DNA of 33,246 nt from Chiloscyllium plagiosum (Eukaryota). The notes below the pieces were generated by a model. It was given only the letters and a program-made list of their open reading frames with translations. It was not told the DNA's origin and searched no databases. The stretch is from NCBI RefSeq assembly GCF_004010195.1, contig NC_057718.1, positions 31,832,204-31,865,449 of the forward strand, in the 5' to 3' direction. Position numbers and translations under genes: made by a program. Shown here in pieces: positions 1 through 12,582 of the stretch (positions within the stretch are counted from its first letter, which is position 1; each line of letters begins with the position of its first letter).

Positions 1-97
1 TGAATGAACCACCTGATGAAGGAGCAGCACTCCAAAAGCTAGTGCTCTCAAATAAACCTGTTGGACTACAACCTGGTGTAGTGTGATTTTTAACTTT
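1..97 (+). mobile_element. 3' end of a PLE pLTR with a decayed hammerhead motif
   Basis: CAC-CTGATGA-A-GGAG cagca CTCC-AAAAG-CTA-GTG at 10-44 has hammerhead layout with G12>A. It is followed by AATAAACCTGTTGGACT...GATTTTTAACTTT, a tail recalled from shark repeats. Confidence 0.7.
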
Positions 98-99
98 AA

Positions 100-345
100 A
101 TAATGGTGATCATGACAACGATGATCTATTACTGTAAAAGCCAATTTGGGTTCACTAAGATCTTTTAGTGAAGAAAATTTTGCCATCCTTGCCTGGTCTG
201 ATCTATGCAGACCCACAATGTAGTTGACTCTTATCTGCCCTTTGAAATGGTCAAGCTATTCAGTTCAAGGACAGTTAACAAAGTCAAAAAATGCTGGTGA
301 TATCTGTGACATTCACACCCTATGAAAGAATGAAGAATAAAAATT
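100..345 (+). mobile_element. Decayed shark SINE (body plus LINE-derived 3' tail)
   Basis: Motifs GGTTCACTAA..TTTAG.GAAG.AAAT.TGCCATCCTT.CCTGGTCTG...GTTGACTCTTA.CTGCCCT.TGAAATGG. A related copy lies at 26660-26920. Confidence 0.6.
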
Positions 346-669
346 CCAAATTTGAGTATAAATTCAGATACAGTACTGCCTCCTCAATGAAAGCAACACC
401 AACATCTAGAATACTCAATTGCTTTTATTGAAGGGCAGTTCTTCAAGCTAACAATCTCTCCTGGAGCAACAGCAATGAAATAGATTAATGATGATTCACC
501 TCATTGCAGCTTCCAGAACCACAATATGCTTTATGAATGATAACTGCACTTCAAAAGTACTGGATTGCCCTTGAAACTTTTGGGGACATCCTAAGATATT
601 GATATGACACTTAAAATTATCTTGTTTATCCAAGTGGAAACTAATTTGATCTGCAACAACAGTAAAAAG

Positions 670-1055
670 GAAAAACATTAGCATTTATAGTTTTCTTGAT
701 AAACATCCTCAAGTATTTGGCAAAGTACATTTTGAAATGTAGTTTGTTGTAATGTAGAAAATAGGACAATCAATATTGTACACAGACAGCAATGAAACAA
801 TGACCTGATTTATCATTTTCTGTTAAGTCAGGGATAGATGCAATCCAAATCTCCCAGCTCTTCTTCAAATACTGCCAAACTATCTTCAAAATCCATCTCA
901 GGAGACAGATGAAGGTGTAGGTTTAACATTTATCAAACGATGGCATTTACGATAGTGCAGCGTTCCCTCTGCATTGCGGACAGTGTCAGCCTAAATTTGT
1001 GCGCCCAAATCTCTGGATTGGCACTTGAAGGCAGACCAACTGAGCTGAAAGCATG
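670..1055 (-). mobile_element. DeuSINE-like (SacSINE1/AmnSINE-type) element, decayed
   Basis: Plus strand ...GGTTTAACATTTATC..A.GATGGCA...GATAGTGCAGC..TCCCTC.GCATTGC...AGTGTCAGCCTA.ATTT.GTGC.C.AAATCTCTGGA.TGGCACTTGAA resembles the reverse complement of the recalled Deu domain and tRNA-like head. Confidence 0.6.
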
Positions 1056-1579
1056 AGCACTGAGTCAAGGTCGACTTCAAAATTCAGAACTAAATGTAAC
1101 AAGTAGCACGTAATATCAACAACATAATCAGCAGCAAAATGACAATGCATTAGTCATATACTCAGAGTATATCACTAATTCAGTTTTGTTCACCTTACTT
1201 AATCATGCGCAACTTTGCCACCTAATTTGATATAGTGAAGGCTCTGGAAATATTACTGGAATTTACATACCATAGAACAATGTTATCAAGCAGAAAAACA
1301 TTCCAACATGTTTAGTTTTGTCAGGTGGATTTCATTAAAGTCTCATCAGCATACTGTAAAATGCTTTAAGCCCTGCACACCTTAATTACACTTAAGTAAC
1401 AGTAAGATCTGTTCAAAATTGACAAGATTATAATAAACTGCAGTCAGAAGGGTCATTAGATTTCCAACACTCACTTTGTCCTATACTATCCAAAGCAGGT
1501 GTTGGAAACACAATTACATGGCCATCTAATTCTTTAATCTGCAGTTTGTACCTTGACCTTACCCTGTGATTTTATTTTA

Positions 1580-3600
1580 CATGAGAGTGTCACTGGTTAG
1601 ACCAGCTGTTATTGCCCAACCTTAATTGTCCTCAAGAAAATAGCAACGAGCTTCCTTCTTGAACCGCTGCAACCCACAGGGTAAGTACACCCACAGTGCT
1701 ATGGGTAGGCAAGAATTTTGACTCAATGAAAGACTGGCAATGGGGTTCGAAGTCATGATGGTGTGCGGCTCAGAGGGAAGCTTGTAGGTGGTGCATTTGC
1801 CATTCCTTTTCTTTGAGGTAGCAGAGGCTGCATGCTCAAAGGTGCAGTTGAAGGAATTGTAGTGAGTTGCTGCAGTGCATCTTGCAGATGTGATACACTG
1901 CTGCCACCATGCATTTTTCCGAAGACCAGTGAATATTGAAGATGGCAGATGGGGTCCGATCAAGTGGGCTACTTTGCCCTGGATGGTGTCAAGCTTCTTA
2001 CTTTGGTTGGAGCTGTACTAATCTAGGCAAGCAGAGAAAATTCTATCACACCCCTGACTTGTACCTCTTAGATGGTGGCCAGACTATTTTAGGGAGACAG
2101 GTGGTGGGTTAATTGCCACTGCTTCTGACTGGTTTGTGTGGTCAAAGTATTTAGATGGTTGGTCCAGTTCAGTTTCTAGTTAATAGTAACACCCCTAATC
2201 TTGATAGTGGGGAACTCAAATGTGGTAACAACATTTAATGCCAAGGGATGGTAGGTAGATTATCTTTTCTGGGAGATGATCATTGCCTGGTACTTTGCAT
2301 GGCACACATTACCTGCTGCTTTTCCACCCAAGCCTGGATGTTGTCCAGCTCTTGCTTCCCTATTTGTAGGGTCGCGGATAGTTCTGAACATTTTGCAATC
2401 ATCAGCAAACATCCATTTTTCCTTCAGGTGGTTAGAAGTGAGTAATTGATGAAGCAACTGAAAATGGTTGAGCTTAGGATACTGTTCTGGGGAACTCCTG
2501 CAGTGATGCTTTGGAACTTAGATGATTAGCCTCACGCAAGAACAAGCATCATCCTTGGTGCTAGTTATGACTCCAACCAGTGAAGAGTGTGCCCCGATTT
2601 CCATTATATAGTTCTTTGATGCTACATATGGTCAAACGCTGTCTTGATATCAACTGGAATTACTCACACATCACGAGTAGAAGTTTTTTACCTTCACCTG
2701 TTTCTTGATATATTGGAAGAACAGAATTGAATGAGGACTAGTATCTGGAATGATGGAGACTACAGGAGGGTCAGAAATGGATCTGCTATTTGGCATTTTT
2801 AGCTAAAGGTGATTGCAAATGCTGTAGTCGTGTCTTTTCTACTGATGCAATGTGCTCCCCTATTATTGAGAACGAGAATATTTGTGAAGCCTCTTCCTCC
2901 TGTTAGTTTAGTTGTTCACCACAACCCACAGCTGGATGGTAACAAGACTGGAAAGATTAGACTTAATTTGCTAAGGAATTCTTGTAGTGCAGTAGCAGTG
3001 TCCTCATTTCCGGACCAGGCGGTCTGAGTTCAAGTCCCACCTGGTTCAGAGGTTTGTAATAATATCTCAGAACAGACTGCTTAGAATATATCTAGGTCTG
3101 ATCTGTTGGTTACAGGATCATTTGTCCTGACCTGTCCCATCCCTTTTCTGATTTTTGGCACACAAACAGTCCTGTGCTGTACCTTTTCACCAAATTGACA
3201 CATCATCTTTGGACATGTCAGTTGCTGCACCATATAAGATCACTGCACCCTGCACTGAGCCAGGGTCAATATTCTAGCTTGATGGTAATGGCATAGAAGT
3301 GAGTATATACTGGGCCATGAGATGACAAATTGTAGTCAAATACAATTCTGCTACTGAAAGCACACATATCTCATGGATGCCCAGGTTTGGGACACCACAT
3401 CTATTCATGTTTAGCATAATGGTAGTGCCAACATGATGAAGGTATTCTCAATGTGAAGGCAAGGCTTCATTGCCACAAAGTATGCGCAGTGGTCAGTCCT
3501 ATTGATATTGTCCTGTATATGTGCATCTATGACAGATAAGCTGGCAAGGATGAAGCCAGTTAAGTTTCCTATTTTGTGTATCCCTCACCAATTGCCATTC
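1580..3600 (-). mobile_element. CR1-clade LINE remnant (3' end, RT and EN portions), heavily decayed, interrupted by a short SINE
   Basis: Minus frame MFADDCKMFRTIRD...HAKYQAMIISQKR (RT F/YADD motif) with GVPQNSIL upstream. The tail TTATTGCCCA.CCTTAATTG.CCTCAAGAA at ~1609-1640 matches the copies at 3730-3820 and 25170-25340. Confidence 0.8.
2980..3090 (+). mobile_element. Short tRNA-derived SINE nested in the LINE
   Basis: TCTTGTAGTGCAGTAGCAGTGTCC...GAGTTCAAGTCCCACCTG (A-box/B-box-like). Homologous to the copies at 8030-8262. Confidence 0.65.
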
Positions 3601-3729
3601 ACACACTCCAACTGGTAAGGTACAGAGCCTGAATGTTTATTAGTACTCCATCACTCGAGAATATCACAGAGGTACAGAAAATATATTAAATCAATGGAAC
3701 AGAATTCATAGACTATTGTAATTCAAAGA

Positions 3730-3820
3730 GGCAATTCACCACCACCTTCTTGACGGCAATTAGGGATGGGTAATAAATGCTCGTCCAGCCAGTAATCCCC
3801 ATATCCCACCAATGGATATC
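3730..3820 (+). mobile_element. 3' tail fragment of a CR1-clade LINE/SINE
   Basis: TCACCACCACCTTCTTGA.GGCAATTAGGGATGGGTAATAAATGCT is the reverse complement of the tail at ~1590-1640. Confidence 0.7.
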
Positions 3821-6800
3821 AAAAGCACAGAAAGAACTTCTTCATAAATCCAGGCTCTGTCTCAATTGATTATCTCCAAACTAATTCTCAGTTAAAACAT
3901 TAGTCAACTTTAAAATATAGGGTCAATTTGATAAACACAGATCTGAACAGTTTCTCAATTTGTTTGAGCTTGATTTTTTTTAAATCCAAGTCCACGTAGT
4001 ATTATAGCATGAGGCAATTAGTATTCTCTAGTTAACAGCATTTGAGTGTACCAAAAAAAATTATAAATCCAAAAACACTTCTTCAATTATGCTGACGCAC
4101 TCTCAAATTAATGTTTGTTTATTTCTGAGTGCAGGAGACTGATCCAAATGCTAGCTTTCATTGTTGATATTAAAGAGTCAAAACTTCCAGGCTGACATAC
4201 CCAGGATTATTCAAAAGAGTTAGACAGGTTGCTGGTTGAAACAGTTATCACTGGATACAAGTATGTGGGATGCTGGGTACCTTGTTTCACAGTTGCTGTG
4301 AATTCTTCTGGCACGTGCTTTGATCACCTAAGTCAAAATGGATCTTTTAGAGTTCTTTAAACCTCTCAAAATGATCTTATTTTTAAAATATGTTGGCCCT
4401 TCACAGAAGATTATTTGATTGCCACTGAGTGAACAGCATCAAAAGTTATAATGTTAAGTTGAAACATGACTGCATGGAACAGGCTCAGCAGATCAGCTTT
4501 TCTTGTACACGGATAAAAAGAGATGCAAAAAGTATTACAAAACTTTCTAAAATTGCTATAAATTGCCTACATTTGTACTGTTACAAATAGTCATCAAGAT
4601 TACAGTGCAATGTCATTACTCTGGTCTCTGCTAAAACACAGAGCTCCTTGACATTAGATATTTATATTGTGAATTTTGGCAGTGCACAAACTCAGTTTTT
4701 AAATTCTAAACAATGCATAAAAAGAATTTGCTAATGTAGAAAACTGTCTGAAAAATGAAGGAATATTGAAAAAAAAATTAATTATTTGACAAGATAATCT
4801 TGTCTATCCCACAATATGATGATCATAATTTATCTGAAAAAAGCACATACTATATCTAAAAAAAAACAAACATTTATGGTCACATCTACAATGACTGCAC
4901 GCTAACACAATCAGATTGCTAGAACACAACTTTCTAATCTTTTGTTCACTGATACAACAAACAACACATCTATGACACCAAAATGATTGTGCTTTCATTC
5001 ATCTGAGAGCCTAGCCCTCAGAAAATCCATCAAGGAAGGAACGATCAGATTTCTGTCTTCATCTTGTCTGAAACTGATGACATTTTTTGTTAAGAAGGGG
5101 GTCCAAATGGCAGGTGTCAAAAAGATTTAACTTCACACATGCAGCTAGAAGGCACATGAACAGACATCAGCGTGTGGCAATGTCACAGTTACACTCTAGC
5201 TGCTGTAAGAGTGCATATCTGAAAAGAGCAAACCTCATAATCTGTTACATCAATCTAGTGCCAGATGTTATTATCAGAACAAAGCTGGTGCTGTAGATTC
5301 ATCCTCAGGAGAAATGCACATTCCAAGTCACCAAAAAGAAGAGGAGACAAAGTATGGCACCTTCAAAGCCTTGAGGTGAAGACTGCTTGCATGGGTGTGT
5401 GTTATTAATCTCACCAGGCTCTAGAAAGCATGTTAGGTCAGGAGATCCACATCAAAACATATTTTAGAGTGAAAATGAAATAATCCCAAGTTTAAACATT
5501 TCAAAATAAATGTATTTGAAGGTAAATTGTTGTGTTTAACTTTGATTCAAAAATTAACACATTTTAGTGAATATTTCAACATAAAAATTGCTCTCTGTCT
5601 CCCACGATCTGTATCAAGCAAATGCAACATAAGAACAATCAAGGCATCACAAACATCTGTCATCAAAAAATATTATTGGGGCAGTGTCTAATTCTGGTCC
5701 ACAATTTTTTTTAATCAAGTTGGTGCCGCAAACATCAATTTTTCTTTCAATTCGGAGAAGATTTAACTCTGTTCACACAAAACATTGTTTTCTTCCTGAA
5801 ATTCTTAAAACCATTGGAAATGGAACGTTATCAGCAGTAAAAGACTTTGCAACAACTTCTTTTCTGTTTACTGTCTGAGGAGATTAAGTAACATTCTGTC
5901 TTTCAAATTTTGCATTCATTCACTGAAAGGCTAAAAAAATTAACATGGTAGGCATTCAAGGAAGAACTTCTTACAATGCACCCACAATTACAGAGAAATG
6001 GTTTCATCATCATCGAAGGACGACACTTTTCCACTCTCCGAGTAAGTCTGTAGGTGGCTGTACAGACCGAAGCAGCAAGTGTGGTGTCCAAATCATCACC
6101 TCCACTATAGCAAAACCTTTGCCACATAGCAAACCAGCTATACCAAGCCGCCAGCTCCTTAACAGAAGTTTCAGCTCAGTTCAAATGTATCATGCACAAT
6201 ACTGAAAAAGTGCAACATGATGGACAGTACTGCCTTTGAATGACATGCTAAAACAAGATTGCATCTGCTGGTTCAGTTGCATGCTCATGAAAACATTCAA
6301 ATATGATATGGCTTTCTTTCAGGGTACTAATTTTCCATTAAGACAATTCCTTTACTTAAGGAAACAGCTTTCCTGCTTTCCTTCTGAATAAATTAAACTG
6401 CCACAAGCTACACTTTCAATGTTCATATTCAGCAAGGGTGAAACACATGAGTGCGGAGTTGTACTTCTTTTCTGGTTAAATCAGACAAATTCGGGTACTT
6501 GAGGGTTTTCCTCCCTAGAGCCTAATGAACTTTCTCAGCCCATCTTACCAAACTCGTTGCATTAATCACCTACCACACACCTATGGTGCCCCTAATGTCC
6601 AATTTCCAACTTACTATGCACTACTTCCAGAACTTGCCACTCAGCAGATATCCATCGAAGCACCAGAATTCCTTGCAGCCATTCCACCTCTAAAAGGCTG
6701 TTGTGCATCTGGACAAACATTGGTAATTAGCAATGTTCCTTACCAGCAACATCAAGACCCAGCAGACACAAAACCATATTGCTCACGCCACACAGCCAAC

Positions 6801-7359
6801 ATGGCTAATACTTCCCCACATAAAAAACTCCAAATTCTCAACTTACGTCTGTTTCACCTCCATGCCACACGTTACTGGTCTGTAGCTGCATTCCATCTAA
6901 ACACCTTCTTCAGCCTGCATCCCCTCATCCCCCATGCCTACTACTTCACGTCACACACTTGAACCTAACTCTCAGCCTCCCTTGACATCATTCCCAAATC
7001 TTCCCTGGCGCGAGACAGCCTCTCCATTTGGCTGGCCATTGCCGGAAAACAGAGAAAAGAGAAAAAAAAAACAAGTTCTACCATTACAGATCCTGAGAGT
7101 AAGGTAATCTTACCAGGATTCCTGAAGCAAAATTGTTCTCTCATGCTCTCCATATAAGCATCAGCTCGAAAATGCCCAAAATGTTTTCGTTAAATAGTTG
7201 GGTTTCTATAATCTTCAATGTAATTAATTTGTTTTATGTGAGAGGCTAATTGTCAACAGAGAGTCATTCATGCCATTTTATTTCTGATCTGTTGAAACAC
7301 CATTCAGCTAATGTTCCACTGATAGTTAGGTTAAATAAATAAATTACTGCTCTTGGCTC

Positions 7360-7900
7360 ACAGAGACATAGAGATGTACAGCACAGAACCAGTCCCTTCG
7401 ATCCAACTCGTCCATGTCACCCAGATATTCTAACATAATCTCGTTCCAATTGCCAGCACTTGGCCCATATCCCTCCAAACCCTTCCTATTCATATACCCA
7501 TTCAGATGCCTCTTAAATGCTGTAATTGTACCAGCCTCCACCATGTCTTCTGACAGCTCATTCCATACACGCACCACCCTCTACGTGAAAAGTTGCTCCT
7601 TAGGTCTCTTTTAAATCTTTCCCCTCTCACCCTGAACCTATGCCCTCTGGTTCTGGACTCCCCCATCCCAGGGAAAAGACCTTGTCTGTTTATCCTGTCC
7701 ATGCCTCTCGATTATATAAACCTCTATAAGGTCACCACTCAGCCTCTGACGCCCACCTCCAGGAAAACAACACCAGCCAGTTCAGTTTCTCCCTACAGCT
7801 CAAATCCTCCAAATACTGGCAATATTCTTGTGAATCTTTTCAAGTTTTACAACATCCTTCTGATAGGAAGGAGACGAGAACTGCACGAAGAATTCCAAAA
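7360..7900 (-). mobile_element. CR1 (HER1-like) LINE 3' fragment
   Basis: Minus ORFs MDRINRQGLFPGMGESRTRGHRFRVRGERFKRDLR and MVRVWNELSEDMVEAGTITAFKRHLNGYMNRKGLEGYG are the CR1 ORF2 C-terminus, followed by the 3'UTR. Confidence 0.92.
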
Positions 7901-8029
7901 GCATGAAAAGCTTCATCCCACAAAAAGTCCTGAACAGAATCAGTGCCATAAAATGAAAGTTAATCCATGTCTGACATTTCAATGGTTTATGCTTAAAATC
8001 AATATCCATCTTTTAGGCACTACCTCTAA

Positions 8030-8262
8030 GGCTCTTATGGCACAGTGGTAGAACCTCTACCTCTGAACCAGAAGACCCGGCTTCAAATCCCACCTGCTCC
8101 AGGGGTGTATGACAGCATACCTGACCAAGCTGGTGAGAAAATATATGTTAGAGCTCTTGTGGCACTGTTGTAGTGTCTCTAATTGTGCACCAGGAGGTCT
8201 GTGTTCCAGTCCCACCTGGTCCAGAGCTGAATAGTAGCACTGCAGAGCAGTTTGATCTGGGA
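8030..8262 (+). mobile_element. Head-to-tail dimer of a ~115-bp tRNA-derived SINE (8030-8146, 8151-8262)
   Basis: Copy 1 has an A box TGGCACAGTGG (8038-8048) and a B-box-like GCTTCAAATCC (8080-8090). Both copies start GCTCTT(A/G)TGGCAC and contain TCCCACCTG.TCCAG. Confidence 0.7.
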
Positions 8263-9060
8263 AAGGTTTGGCAGTACCATTATAAATGTGATGAAAGAAA
8301 TTGAAGGGGTTATGTACACCACAGCCATGTAGAGTAATCGAGAAACTAAATCAGATAATGTTTAGATCACTTCAAGACAGATTTTAAGGACTGAATGATA
8401 TTAGAAAACAGAAAGGCTACATTGATTGTTGTTCATGAGTTTTGATGCAGCTACATCATGACTGCATTGCAACATTTGTGTGCTTCGATAAAATAAGCAA
8501 CATATCTCAATCAAGCTTTAATTAAATAAGAGCTTGTGATTAATATTCAAAACCTACATTTTATTAACATCATTCCAAACAAACTCTCAGTCCAAATTAA
8601 ACCACAACATGTTAAATATTCAAAGTGCTTGATGCATGTCATGCCATTTTTTTAAATACTTAACCTCACATTGGTTCGGAACTACTGACAATACAGGGAA
8701 TTCCAGTCACACTGATTTAATTGATAAATAAATTCCAAGAATGTACACCCTTGCCCTATTCCCAACAAAGCTTTACACACAGAATGCATGTGCAAGGATG
8801 TCACCGAGAGCTGTAGAGATAGTTGTAATTTACACTCAATTCAACTTCTACAGTACTAAAAAAAATTTTTCAAACCATATACACTTGCTAAAATAAATAG
8901 ACTACAGGTTTTTTTATAATGAAATGGTTAACATCAACACTTCGACTATTACCATCTCTGAACATGCCCAAAAAGCTAATATTTGAGAAGATACAGAAAG
9001 CTATTTTTGAAAAAGGCCTGACTTTTAAAAACATTATAAATAGGTTCCACAAAACAAAAT

Positions 9061-9192
9061 AAAAACAAAAACTACCGATGCTGGAAATCTGAAACAAACA
9101 CAGAATGCTGGAAAAACTCAGCAAGTCTGGCAGCACCTAGAAAGAGAAACAGAGTTCATGCTTTAAGTCTGGGATGACTGCTTTTCAGGACT
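9061..9192 (-). mobile_element. PLE pLTR fragment (single arm) with a degenerate hammerhead
   Basis: GATGCTGGAAATCTGAAACAAACACAGAATGCTGGAAAAACTCAGCAAGTCTGGCAGCA is homologous to 22100-22160 and 32205-32250. The minus strand reads CTGAAAAG-CAGTC..GACTT-AAAGC. Confidence 0.75.
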
Positions 9193-9837
9193 ATTATGTT
9201 TATTCAATTCCATAAAATTAAGTCAAAGTTAAATAATGATGCCTCCCACCCCACCATAGTTTTGGCATTTCGCTGCAATTATTAGAACGTTAGTTTCCAA
9301 TTATTTCGCAATGTAAAAGTTAACTTAAATATTTAAAAATTCTGTCTTCAATAAAGATTGGTGGAGTTTGAAGACAAAGAAACATTTCAGAATCACAGTC
9401 ACGATATAAGAGGTGGCCATTTGGCTCATCATGCCCAAACCAACTGAGGCCTTATTTTCCTACCAATCCAGATGAACCAGTTACTTTTTGCTTATTTTTA
9501 TATTTTTATTCTCATACAATAAACAAGGCCCAAATCTCCTTCTGCTACAATCCTTATGGTCTAGTTACTTCTGCAGTAGCATCATGTAGCAAATTACAGG
9601 ATTCAAATGCAGCTAACTATGAAGGAAGTGACATATGTAGCGTTTGTCTTAAGAGTGAGACAGCAAGAAGAATGGCTCTTCGGCTACCTGCATCAGTGTC
9701 TTGTTTTTAAAAAGTTAATTCTTCTCCCCTACTCTTTCATTATCACGCAACTATTTCCTTTATAAGAACCTACACTCATCCCTTTAGAAAATGACACTTA
9801 TATTCTCATGATGCTACTCTGCTATTTCTGGAATTTG

Positions 9838-10646
9838 GGAGTCATAGAGATGTACAGCACAGAAACAGACCCTTGGGTCCAACTCGGCCATGCCGGCCAG
9901 ATATCCCAACCCAATCTAGTCTCACCTGCCAGCACCCGGCCCATATCCCTCCAAACCCTTCCTATTCATATACCCATCCAAATGCCTCTTAAATGTTGCA
10001 ATCGTACTAGCCTCCACCACTTCCTCTGGCAGCTCATTCCATACACGTACCACCATCTGCATGAAAAGGCTGCCCCTCAGATCACTTTTATATCTACTCT
10101 GACCAATAAAGGAAAGCATACCAAACACCTTCTTCACTATCCTATCTACCTGCGACTCCACTTTCAAGGAGCTATGAACCTGCACTCCAAGGTCTCTTTG
10201 TTCAGCAACACTCCCTAGGACCTTACCATTAAGTGTATAAGTCCTGCTAACATTTACTTTCCCAAAATGCAGCACCTCTCATTTATCTGCCACTTCTCAG
10301 CCCATTGGCCCGTCTGATCAAAATCCTGTTGTAATCTGAGGTAACCTTCTTCGCTGTCCACTACACCTCCAATTTTGGTGTCATCTGCAAACTTACTAAC
10401 TATACCTCTTATGCTCACATCCAAATCACTTATATAAATGATAAAAAGTAGATGACCCAGCACCGATCCTTGTAGCACTCCACTGGTCACAGGCCTCCAG
10501 TCTGAAAAACAACCCTCCACCACCACCCTCTTGTCTTCTACCTTTGAGCCAGTTCTGTATCCAAATGGCTAGTTCTCCCTGTATTCCATGAGATCTAACC
10601 TTGCTAACCAGTCTCCCATGGGGAACCTTGTCGAACGCCTTACTGC
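9838..10646 (-). mobile_element. CR1 (HER1-like) LINE, 5'-truncated, with an internal deletion near 10090
   Basis: RT motifs VTSGVLQGSVLGHLLFIIYISDLD...SKFADDTKIGG and RDLGVQVHSSLKVESQVDR, fused directly to the C-terminal VVRVWNELPEEVVEA. 3'UTR is close to the 7360 copy. Confidence 0.95.
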
Positions 10647-11299
10647 ACAGGAAGGAAGATGCAAATTAAAAGAATCTCCACCCCATTTTTTAAAAAATGG
10701 GTTGGTATTTGCAATTAGGCAACAATGACCCAGTATTAATACAACAATTTAATATTTAGGCATCTATTACTTAAGTAGTGAACTTCGAATTAATTATCAA
10801 AGCATACCTAGTGCCAGTGAAACCAATCTCTCCACAAGGGAAACGAAAAGCAGAAACTGGAAAGAACAAAGCAAAAGGCTTTAATTTTAGTTTCAGTAAG
10901 TAACCAATTTCAATTTTGAAAGTAACCGAATGTCAGGCATGGACAGAGGAAGTTTACAGGAACTCTTCACAAACCATACATAATGGCTCCACTGATGACT
11001 GCGAAATAAACTGTTGAATTCGGTTGTGGAACTAAGTACTGGACCAACAACTTTCAGCATGACTAAAGTCTAAGTCTGTCAGCAGTGACCACACATGTAC
11101 AATGAATAGCAGAAAACTGGACATGGCAGTTGACCATTCCCCAGTCTTCTACAAGCTGTGCTGTAATGGTATGTTGTTGAAAAACTTGGAAAATACATGA
11201 AACCTGGTGCTTTTACTTGGCAATAAGACCAGCAAGAGGATAAAAGGGCTGGCTCAAGAGTGAAAGACCAGCATGATAAAATAATTGACCCAAAAGCAA

Positions 11300-11580
11300 G
11301 ACCCAGTGCAAGAATGGAAGTGTGGGACTGAGCACGAAGAACATAGGACTGATAGCATGCATAAAACAGCAGACCCAAGACAGCATATTGAGACTGGCAG
11401 AAGAATAACCAGAATGCCTAACACTCACTTGTTAAAGCTCCAGACTGGGGAGCATTCTCATGGTCAAAGGACACTGAAGGCCCCACTCAGGGATTTCAAT
11501 GTTGACCGCAAGCCCTGGGAGAAACTCACTTAGCACAACAACATAAAACAAGCAGTGTGCAGCCTTCACTGAAAGCAAGT
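11300..11580 (+). mobile_element. RTE-clade LINE 3' remnant
   Basis: RITRMPNTHLLK..GEHSHGQRTLKAPLRDFNVDRKPWEKL resembles the RTE C-terminus (H..RMP..RLPK..G.R..GGQ.KR.KDTLKASL..F.I....WE.LA). Confidence 0.65.
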
Positions 11581-12344
11581 CTACAATTTAATTATGGAAA
11601 CTTAAAAAAAAACTTTTTCTTTCTGACTCCTTACTTTCTAAAGAAAAAAATTAGTTTCTACCTCTCTATGACTTTAAGTATATGAGTATGACCATACTTT
11701 TATTGTTATCTGTTGCATACCTTTTTACTGTAATTACCATGTAGTTGAGTGATGACTTCATTACATAAAGTGTTGGCTATGTTCAAAACCTCTTTTATAA
11801 AATCAGAAACAACATCAGTAATCTAATGGAAAGGATTGTTGATGCATTGAAGTGTTAAAAGTCAGAAAATTGGATTTTAAATTCACAAAACAGAGCAATA
11901 TGTTTAAGATTGTTTTCAAGAATGATTTAACGTACACAAAGCTGTAGTTATGCAAGTTCAACCTAAAGCTTTCATTGCCAAAATGGGTATTTGAGATTGA
12001 GCGTATGGTATAAGTAAGTATTTCATCACTTCTGATTGTTGCCTCAGGCAGAAATTTGTAGGTCTAAACCCTGAACCATTCAATCCCATTCTTATTGTAA
12101 TCAAACCTCAGCAGCCGGTCAGTGAGTGACACAAACCTAGGCGAGTGACAAAAACACACAATGTAGAACCACAAAGACAAAAGCAAATATTTTGCTGTGT
12201 AAAAATAAAGTCATCCTATTTTAGACGATAATTTGAGGTGTTGTAATATACTACAATAATAAAGCACTAACAATACATAGCTTGCACTCTACCTTTTAAC
12301 AATTATTTCATTACACATCTAAATGGTAAAAAGTCAGCTCTTGT

Positions 12345-12582
12345 CACGTAGAGGGTGGTGCATGTATGCAATGAGCTGCCAGAGGAAGTGGCTGGTAAAA
12401 TTATAACAATTAAAAGGTATCTGGATTGGTACATGAACAGGAAGGATTTAGAGGAATATGGGCCAAATGCTGGCAAATGGGGCTAGATTGATTGAGGCTA
12501 TCTAGATTTAGGCTATCTAGTCAGCGTGGATGTTGGACTGAAGGGTCTGTTTCTGTGCTGGACATTGCTATGACTCTATGAC
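12345..12582 (+). mobile_element. CR1 (HER1-like) 3' end
   Basis: AGAGGGTGGTGCATGTATGCAATGAGCTGCCAGAGGAAGTGG...GGACTGAAGGGTCTGTTTCTGTGCTG..CTATGACTCTATGAC is the reverse complement of the 7360/9838 3' ends. Confidence 0.9.

Noticed and set aside
6525..7153. 145-aa (+) and 62-aa (-) ORFs
   Set aside because: No recognisable domain or splice pattern. Possibly a decayed repeat, but I cannot assign a family.
8030..8102. Functional tRNA gene
   Set aside because: Stems do not pair properly and the unit recurs with a shared non-tRNA tail, so it is a SINE head.
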